A stretch of DNA of 64,000 bases from Bugula neritina (lineage: Eukaryota > Animalia > Bryozoa), in NCBI GenBank assembly GCA_964035545.1, contig OZ037767.1:18382259-18446258 (forward strand). Reading direction: 5' to 3'. Positions 53,684 to 64,000 of the stretch are shown piece after piece. The notes under the pieces are model-generated. The model saw only the letters and a list, made by a program, of their open reading frames with translations. It made no database searches and was not told where the DNA came from. Position 1 is the first letter of the stretch. Each line of letters begins with the position of its first letter. Both the position numbers and the translations under genes were made by a program.

Positions 53684-55471
53684 GTTGACTTCTGTGAGAG
53701 AGAAAAGCTGTGAGATGTGAGATCTACAGTAAGTAACAGCCAAATGGTAAATCAGATGATACACCTCCGAGCAACTGTTACTGTTAGACTGATACTGTAA
53801 TCTGATTTGGTAAATTACACAGTAACTTCACTTGTCACATACGCAGAGAGTGGAATAGCTTTAGGCATTGCATACTTACATCAACAGTTTAAGGGGGCTG
53901 AGGTGAACGCCCCTTAGTATATGCAGCGCTACAGAAAACGGAAGTTTCTGATTGTTATGGTTGGTAAGGTTCTAGGGTTAGTGAAGCAGAAAATAGCAAC
54001 AGAATCTGTGATGAATAAAGTTATAATGTATAATTAGGATGGAGCTTAGATAAACATGTTATTGCAGTTCCAACACCTTAGTTTTATCAGCTGTGTGAAA
54101 TGTGTACAGGAAATGGAATATTACCATTTATACTCAAGTTACTCATTTGTTTAGACTTCCTCCCATTAATTAAGTGTTGTAACCATGAAACTTAAAATAC
54201 ACCACTGTGTGATTACCAATGCCTAAAACAGTGTGTTTCATTCAGTCATGCATATACTTAGTAAGCAATTGCTGTTTCACTTGCCACAATACGTATGGTT
54301 TTGTTAAGTAGCTAATTCTGCTCAACTTGACTATGTTTCACTTCTTAGACTGAGTTAATTTCTCCCAATATGTGACACAGATTAAACATTGACTAGCTGG
54401 AGATTACCTGAGAGTATAATTGTTGTATATAAATCTCAACTTAGCTGAAGGATAAATATGAGAACACATAAAACGTCATTCATCCGTATTAAAAAATTAT
54501 TTGGGTTGGTCAATATTGGTTTCCACCAAAATTAAGTTTGAAGTTGAAAACTCCTCAACCCCCCCTCTGGCTCTCAGACAGCTATACCTCTATAAAGTAC
54601 TGGATAGGTGTTTTATTGATTCCTTGTTAGAACGTGACATATAAAATTGAGACACATTTTCACTAATAACAAGGCTTTCTGGAACACCTGGTCAGATTCA
54701 TACCAAGCCCGAGAATAAGGAATAATGAAGTGTGCAGTGAGTTGTGAGCTGAGCAACTCCAGTGTGTTGACCCTAGACAGCTAGTGTGTGACAAGATATA
54801 TACTATACCACACTATTACATCGTTATAATGTTACTTTATATATATAATGTGAATTTTGCTACTAAACTATACTATTTCATCAGCATACTATTCCCACTA
54901 GCAACTTACTACTATACTATTATATTATGTATTACTATATCTGCATTATAAATGAAGCACCCATGACTACCCTGCTGTTTCTAATGCCTATATATTCCTG
55001 CTAACCTATAATATATGTTAGGATTATATTACTACATAATACTACTATGATACTTCTGCTTGTGGTACACCAGAGAGGAAAAATGACTAGATGAATGCAT
55101 AATTTGTAACAACTTCAGTTTTCGATTGTTTAGTCAAGTATGATTGAAGAAATAGATTATGCTAGTAATGAACACAATTGAAGCCACTAATATGCATTTT
55201 ATTATATATTCTAAACAACTATGAAAGGTAATGTTTATAAATACTCTACAGTGTACAGTATAATGGCTTAATAAAAAGAAAGAAATAAATTTAGAGACAT
55301 TCTAAATGAGAAATTATATAATCATTTGGTGAAATAATATCACTACTGAGAAAGAGTAACGAATTTCTATTTACAAAAGATAGGTAAGAATGTATCACAC
55401 AAAACCATCAACTTATAACAATTCTGGCAGAGTGCCAAAAGATAATAGCTTAAGGTCCAAAGCTACAGAGT

Positions 55472-56770
55472 CTACGTGGTTGAGACGACTTGTTCCACGG
55501 CCCCTTCCTCACAGTCCTCCAGGATACTGACAGTCTGCACGTCTGCGGAGAATGAAGAGACAACTGTGTCCACTACTTCCTCTTCTACAACACTTCCTGT
55601 CTCCACTTCAGTCTCGTCGGGTAGTTTGTCCGGCAGAGACGTGGCCACAATCTTGTTAGGCAGCAGGCTAATCTGTGAGTCAGACAGATTATACTGGTTG
55701 GACTAAGAACATTTTCCAAGTTTAAAACTAAGCAAAAGAAGACAGCTATTAGTAAACTAAACAAACACATCCCGAACATGTTAGGAACTGGGAGTAGCCT
55801 CACCTTGCCGGCAGTTGATGAGACACTCGTGGCCTTGACAATGGTGGGAGGATGCTTGTAGCCTGAGGCCTCTGATGAAGAAATCACCCGGCCTCCACCC
55901 TTTTCTATTGCAGCTGACAGAATTCCTGTAACACAGTCTACAATATAGTCTGCAACTACATGAGTTGGAGAGAAACACCTGTTACTGCACACAAACTAGG
56001 TCAACTGTCACTTCCTCTTCATACAACCAACACCAACTTGCCAAAGCTTTGCCAAAATATTTAAGGCATTTGCAGCTTACAAAGTGTGCGTTGCTATGGA
56101 GACCTTTGGATTGTTTGAAGACATCAGTTGTACTACCAAGGGCTGGAGATATGGGTGGAGATATCTGCCTTGGTGGGAGATGGCCACAAAAGAATTTATT
56201 GTACTTTTAACAATAGCGCATTATGCACCAAAGCAGCTACACAATGTGAATTAGCATTGGAAATGATCCTCTCATTTCTTTCATCTTCCACGTAGGCTAT
56301 GACAACTAAATGAAATCTACTACAGCTGGAAATACTGAACTCAGATAATCTCTTCCTTTAGACTCAGTAATCCCATGATCTGACACAGAGCCAAGAGTTC
56401 GAAGGCTGCAGAGTTGGCCATCAGCTGCACGACTACTGGATGAGTATACAGGTAGCCACTACCTGTTGAGTATCCAGGCAGCTACTGGTTGGCACAGCTG
56501 CACACAGGTAACACAGCAGACATAAATCTGGCCCTGGTGATATGAGAGTGATGACTAGTGACCATGGAGACCAGACCAGAGCACAACAGAGGCCCTTTCA
56601 TACCCTGTTCAGCCAGTGAGAATAAACCACCCGATGCGACGTGACGACAGCAACAGAGGAGACAGTCAACTGACACTGAGTCAACCACTCAACTCCAGTA
56701 TGTGCAGGTACTGGCTCCATCCACTCTACTACCACTACTACCACTACTACTACTACCACTACTACTACTA

Positions 56771-56801
<31 letters not shown>

Positions 56802-59800
56802 CACTACTACTACTACTACCACTACTACTACTACCACTACTACTACTATTACTACTACTGCTGCTGCTGCTACTACTACTACTACTGCTGCTGCTACTAC
56901 TACTACTTATACTACCACTACTACAACTGCTATTACTAGTATAGAGAGAGACGTCTCACAGCTGGAGGTATGCTACTAACTGAAGTCACCAGAAAGCGTG
57001 ACTGACAGTGCGCCTGAAGAATGCATATATTAACAAACAGATTACTAACTATCAGAGGTTCATACTGCGTAAGGAGACTCTAATAGCCCAGCTATCCATG
57101 AGCTGCAGGAGAATCAGTAGAATAGCTCTACCTGCTACAGTTCATAGACAGCATGACATCTCCTGACGCTGCCAAGAGTCAGCAGACACTCACCAGGTTC
57201 CACGGACTGGACGAGCACCATCTCTTCGCCGATGGGTATCTCTATGGTCTCCGAGATGTTCACCACCTGCCCGTCCTCCATGCTGGTTGGTATGCTGCCG
57301 GCATCTTCCTCTGCCAGGTCAGACTTGGCCTGGTTCATGTGCTCGCTGAGGATGTGCACAGCGAGGGCGTGCTGCGACACAAACACCTGGATGAGGAGAG
57401 AAGATACAGAGTAAGTGTGGTGAGGTTATATATAGAGAGAGAAGATACATAGTAAGTGTGGTGAGGTTACATATAGAGAGAGAAGATACAGAGTAAGTAT
57501 GGTGAGGTTACATATAGAAAGAGAAGATACAGAGTAAGTGTGGTGAGGTTACATATAGAGAGAAGATACAGAGTAAGTTTGGTGAGGTTACATATATAGA
57601 GAGAAGATACATAGTAAGTGTGGTGAGGTTACATATAGAGAGAAGATACATAGTAAGTGTGGTGAGGTTACATATAGAGAGAAGATACAGAGTAAGTGTG
57701 GTGAGGTTACATATAGAGAGAAGATACATAGTAAGTGTAGACCAGTAAGTTTAGTAGAAACAGCTGGCATATGGACGTCGTTCAGATAGTTAGAGCATGT
57801 AGAGTGGTCACAGAGGGTGGTATTACTAAGACATAAAATATGAAGAGGTGACAGATATGAAGATGAAGGAGATTTCTATTTCAATAAATCACAAAAAAAC
57901 TAGGTTAGAGTGTAGCCAACCTCATGGCAATGTTCACAGATGTGAGCGTTGATCAGCACTGTCTGTCTCTTTGCTGTTGGAGGTAGAGCTCCAGATTCCT
58001 CGGCAGCTGGAGGCTGACTGTCCAGTTCCTACAGGAGAATCAGAAGTTAGGCTACAGATTTACAGGAAACTAGGCTACAGATTTACAGGAAACTAGGCTA
58101 TAGATTTACAGGAGAACAGGAACCTGGTCTACAGAAAGGAACAAGTGCCAGGGAAAAGAGAGCCAACTTGTAGATGTGTGTGGAATAATACAGATACTTC
58201 AGAGTCTTGGCCTATCGTATTATACAGATGACTATTGAGGAGTTGCCTGACCAGAGCTTGAGTTCTACTTTAATAAACTGACTATGTTTGAAGGGTTCAT
58301 GAGCTAGACTAACAAGGAATATTCATGCATAGAGTAAGTTAGGCCATCTCATGGTATTTATAAACACAGTCTAATGGAATACCATTCATCATAGAGGAGT
58401 TTACAGCATATTAATATCAATAGTATAGATTACAGGTAATTGGTTGGACTAAGTGATTGATGACTTCCAGGGAAGAGCAGAGCCAAACTAATGTTCATTA
58501 GGATTAAATTAGTGCATGAGAAAGCCTAAGTTCTGGAAGTAGTTGACCATATAAACTGGGGTGGGACAGGCACACGTTCTCACTGGCTAAGAAGTCAACA
58601 GAACATGATGGATAAAAATCTGTCTTCACAGCTGCGCAATCTGATGAAGATAAGACAAGATCATAAATTGGACAGTGGTTCTGTGACACCTCCCCTAACA
58701 TATCAGTTTCTTAACACTGATTCCAAACCTATACTCATATCTGTGAGAGAAATTATTTGATAATTTCTTCAAGTATTAAACATCAAGATTTATCTTCCAC
58801 ATCTATGGAACTTCTCTTCCTTATGATGAGGCAAAGCACTACATCTATAACTAGACACCAATTTAACAGCTCAACTACCACTTTACATGGCTGAGAGACA
58901 GACACACAGACAGACACACAGACAGATGGTGAAGCTGCTTACATCTTCGACTTGCTGCTGGGCTATGATCACCTGATCAGATTTAGGCATCTTACTGAGA
59001 AGTTCGACGCCGTGAGACTTCTGCATGTGTTTCTTCAGCAAGTAGTTTGTGTTGAATCCGCGGTCACACATGGTGCAGTTGAAAGTTGTCACCCCTGAAA
59101 ATATTCATAACGGAGTTGTCTTACAATGATTACATGAGTCTTTTATTAGACGGGAAACATACTAGACTGATCAGACCAGCACCTACCTGCGTGTTTAGAC
59201 TTGAGGTGTATCTCCAGAGCCTGTTTCTGCGTGTACTCCTTACCACACCTGCCACACCTGTAAGGCTTCACATCAGCGTGACGGTACATATGCTGCCGCA
59301 GACTGTCTCGCCGCTTCACCGCGTAACCACAAATCTGGCAGACGTACGGCTTGTCTTTACTGTGAGAGATCATGTGATTCTACAATTCACATTTTCACCA
59401 GGTTAGAATCTGAACAGGAGCTACTGTCTAGATAAGCACTTCAAGCTAGAAGGTATGCAGTGGAATCTTACGTTGAGTTGGGCCTGAGTCTTGAAGCCTT
59501 TCTTGCACTGCTCACACATGAAGTCCTTGACATCGGAGTGGACGCTCTTGATGTGCGCATCAAGAGTGGCCTTGAAGAGCAGCACCTTGCCGCAGTGCTC
59601 ACACGTGTGACCTTTCTGGTTGGGGTCGTGCAGCCTCTTATGGGCTCTGAAAACAAGGAACAGAAGCTAGAGGGGATAATCTAGTATATCAGCAGTATGA
59701 TATACTACAATAATATTATGATATACTATAATAATACTGTGATATACTATAATAATATTATGATATACTATAATAATACTGTGATATACTATAATAATAC

Positions 59801-62800
59801 CGTGATATACTATAATAATACTGTGATATACTATAATAATACTGTGATATACTATAATAATACTGTGATATACTATAATAATACTGTGATATACTATAAT
59901 AATACTGTGATATACTATAATAATACCGTGATATACTATAATACCGTGATATACTATAATAATACTGTGATATACTATAATAATACTGTAATATACTATA
60001 ATAATACCGTGATATACTATAATAATACTGTGATATACTATAATAATACTGTGATATACTATAATAATACCGTGATATACTATAATAATACCGTGATATA
60101 CTATAATAATACCGTGATATACTATAATAATACTGTGATATACTATAATAATACTGTGATATACTATAATAATACTGTGATATACTATAATAATACTGTG
60201 ATATACTATAATAATACTGTGATATACTATAATAATACTGTGATATACTATAATAATCCTGTGATATTCTATAATAATACGGCGAGTAACGCACATGAAG
60301 GCAGAGTAGCTGCCGAGGGGCTTAGCGCAAATCTCGCAGCCGAACTGGAAATGGTGGCCCTTCATGTGGGACCGGAGGCTCTCCTTGGTGCTGTACTGCT
60401 TCTCACAGACGTCACACTTGTAGTTCTTCTCGCCAGTGTGCACGTGGATGTGCTGGGAGAGCATGTATTCATTCTTGAACACTCTCTCACAGTGGGGGCA
60501 CGGCACTCCGTCTTCTACAGAACAACAAGAACTCAGGCTATACGATGGAACTCTTAGAGAAGAGTGAAAAATATAATCATATTTTCAAAGATATGTTGAT
60601 AATCAGAGTTATAAGTTGATACTGAGAGTGATAAGGTGATATTGAGAGTTATAAGTTGATATTGAGAGTGATAAGTTGATATTGAGAGTGATAAGTTGAT
60701 ATTGAGAGTTATAAGTTGATACTGAGAGTGATAAGTTGATATTGAGAGTTATAAGTTGATATTGAGAGTGATAAGTTGATATTGAGAGTTATAAGTTGAT
60801 ACTGAGAGTGATAAGTTGATATTGAGAGTGATAAGTTGATATTGAGAGTTATAAGTTGATACTGAGAGTGATAAGTTGATATTGAGAGTTATAAGTTGAT
60901 ATTGAGAGTGATAAGTTGATATTGAGAGTTATAAGTTGATACTGAGAGTGATAAGTTGATATTGAGAGTTATAAGTTGATATTGAGAGTTATAAGTTGAT
61001 ATTGAGTTATAAGTTGATACTGAGAGTGATAAGTTGATACTGAGAGTGATAAGTTAATATTGAGAGTTATAAGTTGATATTGAGAGTGATAAGTTGATAC
61101 TGAGAGTGATAAGTTAATATTGAGAGTGATAAGTTGATATTGAGAGTGATAAGTTAATATTGAGAGTGATAAGTTGATACTGAGAGTGATAAGTTAATAT
61201 TGAGAGTGATAAGTTGATACTGAGAGTGATAAGTTGATGAAGTGAATCAGAGAAACTGCAGTTAGTTGCAGGTCAGCAGAAATATTTTGAAAGAAATCAA
61301 ACCGAAACACAACCACTGGGAGAAACAGAGCATAGAGCTCAAGAATGATATCACAAACTAAACAAAGTTGTTGAATGCCTACCTTCCAGTGGAAGGGACT
61401 GAATATTTGAGAGAAAGTTTAGAGTAACTACACGACCTCTCAAATGTTACCTTTGTCAAAATGGACATTCTTGTTGTGCCGGGAGAGGTCCTGCTTATCG
61501 TTGAAGGCGCTATCACACTTGTCACACTTCCATTCTCTCTTGTTCTCATGGAACTTGAGGTGAAGGTTGAGTTTGTACTTCTGTATGAACCCCTTGCCGC
61601 AGATGGTGCACACAAACGGCCTCTCTTTGGAGTGGAACTTCACGTGCTGGTCGAGATTGCCTCTCACTCGGCCTGTGAATAAAGTCATAATATCCATACA
61701 TAAGTGAATACATAAATATAAGGCTATAACAAAATATTTTAGAACGGAAACACATTCCTTTGGGAACACTCATGAAAGTTGAAGAAGACAAATCCTAAAA
61801 CACAAATTAAATTAAATTATATGCTTATGCAAATAATATAAGCATGGTAACATGACCATAGAGAAAGAAACCGTTTGATGTTATAAACACAAGGAATTGG
61901 CATTGCAAGTGTAGGGTGGTTGAAGCTGCACTCACATCTGTATTCACACTGGTCACACTTGTAGGGTCGAATGTCCTTGTCAGCGTGGTCCTTCCTCAGA
62001 TGCTCACAGAACTGCGTGACGCTGCCAAAGTGCACCTCCATACCTTCCGGACAGACTTTGCACTTGATGAACGCCCTCTGGTGGCGGTCTTAAGCAGAAT
62101 AAAACATTATGCTAAAGTAGTGGACACCAGGGTAGAATAGTCTTATGCACAGTGTATGGGGGTAGACACTAGAGTAGAATAGTGTTACATACAGTGAATG
62201 AGGGTAGAAACTAGAGTGGAATTGCCTTACTTACAGTGTATAGAGGTAGCTATTAGGGTGAAATAACCTTACGTACAGTGTATAGGGGTAGCTACTAGGG
62301 TTGGGGCCAATTACAGGTAAATGTAATTAATTACATTTCTCAATTACGATTATAATTACAGTTAAAAAGTAATGTAATTAATCATAACTACATGGCCATG
62401 TAATCAATTACAATTACTTTTGTTCTCAAAAGAAATGAATAGAAGTTATGCAATCTTACTTCTAGGGTTCAACTATCAAGGGCAATTTTGACAGTGGTGA
62501 ATCTCCTTTGTTCTCAGCAGCGATACTATACTACATTGAATTAATCTGAACTTGTAGGCATGGTGGGAAAAGTATGAAATTTTTAAGATTTAAAAGTTTG
62601 AAGTAATTGACATTTATTTATATATTATAGTAATTGTAAAAATCAATTACATTAGATATGTAATTGATTACAATTACATTTTTATACATCAATTACAAAT
62701 TACAATTACCCCAACTCTGGTAGCTACTAGGGTGAAATAACCTTACTTACAGTGTATAGGAGTAGCCAGTACAGTGCAATAGTCTCGCAGCTCCTTGTCA

Positions 62801-64000
62801 ATAGAATTCATTTTTGATTTTGCCAGCCAATCATTAGAGTCCATATCTTGAGAGCTGAAACACAAACAAACACATTACACTCTCACACACTCGTGTATAT
62901 ACATGTACATATAGACACAGAGAAGGCGAAAGGGTAGACGTGACTCACTTTGAGAGGGCGGGTCTGGCAGTTGACTGTAAGACCGGGGTCAGCGTGGAGT
63001 CTGATGACTTAGAGACGCTGTTTTGAGGAACAGTAATGACGACGTTGATGGTCTCCGGTATTCCACTGTTGTTACGGAACGACACAGGAAGTATCTGCAC
63101 CACTGAGTTGGGGTTGGCGAGCAGATCTGTGAAACAGAGAGAACAACTCCTGTGATGGTAGACGTGAGAGCAATGCATACACAACTGGAGAGTAGACAGG
63201 AAATGAGAGTTCATACCTGATTGGGAGACGATAGAGAGTGGGAGATTTGATTGGCCATCACCTTCAGCTGTGGTTATATGTGGCGTGAGATTATTGTCTG
63301 GTAACTCGGTGATCTGTTGGCAAAGAAGTGGAACAATACATTGTTACGTATAGTATAAGGTAGCATTGAAGGTAGGGTGTTACATCAAACAATACAGTGC
63401 CATAGGAGCCAAATAATACAAAATAGTGTGATAAATCAACTATATATACCACACTACTTATTCCACACAATGATCTCCACAGGCAACGTTACCTTGATAG
63501 AACCATCCTCTACCCTAAAGAGTTGGGAGTTCTTTGATTCAGGAGTTATTCCCCCGTCAGCGCCCTCATCAGCAACAAGGAGCTCTAAAGTGTCAGTTAA
63601 ACTCTCGCGTATAATAGCTCTGTTATCACCTTGGTAGAGGACTCTGTCAGAGTTGTGTCTCCGAGCCACGTGTTTCTACAAGTGAAGGGGACTGGGGAGG
63701 TAGAGAATCCGGCAGCTGCCAATACAGTAGCTCTGCTCATAGTTTAGCAGGGCATTGCAACCAAATCTCAAATGTTTACCAAATTATTTGAAAACTTTTT
63801 TCAAACAAAAAATCTGTCTCTTTGGTAGATTTTTGATTTCATTAGATGAGAACTTGAGCTTCAACATGATTTTACATACAACCTGAGCTTAGAGTACCCA
63901 GAACTACCCCTCACCTCCAGCGTTTCCTGCTCGTGGAATACCAGCTTACAGCTCTCTACAGGACAAGAGTGCTTGGCTACTTCCATGTGGTACTTGATGT
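55472..64000 (-). CDS. Multi-exon C2H2 zinc-finger protein (about 10-12 fingers, acidic Val/Glu-rich C-terminus); 5' end outside the window
   Basis: Fingers with HTGEKNYKC, HSKERPFVC, HSKDKPYVC and HADVKPYRC linkers in exons at 58.9-62.1 kb; a finger split across the ~63917/63675 junction (CPVESC..ETLE/KHVARRH); last exon ends VVSTT* at 55472. Confidence 0.88.
56726..56938. repeat. (CTA/CCA/CTG)n trinucleotide microsatellite, intronic
   Basis: Seen directly. Confidence 0.97.
57396..57738. repeat. ~39-bp minisatellite abutting a ZNF splice acceptor
   Basis: Unit GAGAGAAGATACAGAGTAAGTGTGGTGAGGTTACATATA, ~9 copies; it supplies the pyrimidine tract before CATCCAG/GTG at 57386. Confidence 0.93.
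59697..60280. repeat. 21-bp minisatellite (TGATATACTATAATAATACTG) x~28 filling a ZNF intron
   Basis: Seen directly; explains ORFs 59697..60557 and 59758..60294 and the tail of 59667..60506. Confidence 0.97.
60595..61238. repeat. 20-bp minisatellite (GAGAGTGATAAGTTGATATT) x~32
   Basis: Seen directly. Confidence 0.97.
62128..62766. repeat. ~40-bp degenerate minisatellite of a ZNF exon end plus donor, interrupted by a hAT MITE
   Basis: Minus-strand unit GCTACTCCTATACACT/GTAAGTAAGGTTATTTCACCCTAG; ~5 copies decaying away from the exon. Confidence 0.8.
62296..62719. mobile_element. hAT-type MITE (424 bp)
   Basis: TIRs TAGGGTTGGGG / CCCCAACTCTG; 8-bp TSD GTAGCTAC at 62288-62295 and 62720-62727; GTAATT/AATTAC subterminal repeats. 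Confidence 0.9.

Noticed and set aside
56598-56944. Poly-Val, poly-Tyr and poly-Leu ORFs
   Set aside because: Trinucleotide microsatellite in an intron.
59667-60557. Long IIIVYHS / VIYYNNT repeat ORFs, one fused to zinc fingers
   Set aside because: Read-through of an intronic 21-bp minisatellite; a donor near 60293 and an acceptor near 59648 skip it.

Overview
AT-rich, intron-containing metazoan (invertebrate) genomic DNA; the species cannot be determined from the sequence. I built six host genes by eye from splice sites: (1) a PARP9/14/15-like macrodomain mono-ADP-ribosyltransferase (minus, 8.4-15.2 kb); (2) an intronless 73-aa secreted peptide precursor (28.3-28.5 kb); (3) an orphan type I membrane protein (31-37 kb); (4) a TRIM-like RING/B-box/coiled-coil/putative propeller gene with a long Ser/Thr-Pro heptad N-terminus (plus, 40-45.6 kb); (5) a second orphan mucin-stalk membrane protein with Tyr and PDZ motifs (46-54 kb); (6) a multi-C2H2 zinc-finger gene running off the right edge. 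Transposons are dense at 3-27 kb. They include a three-level nest (Harbinger MITE > Gypsy solo LTR > ISL2EU-like element rebuilt as a 1.07-kb foldback), a non-autonomous Gypsy element, a Gypsy pol remnant, solo LTRs, MITEs and tRNA-derived SINEs. Most interesting: (a) the Gypsy element carries, at the env position, its own two-exon gene for a double zinc finger plus coiled-coil protein; (b) the foldback resembles maize Mu killer and lies just downstream of the PARP stop codon; (c) several intronic minisatellites have the exon-intron junction itself as their repeat unit; (d) the orphan secreted peptide. All models are manual and no database search was run.
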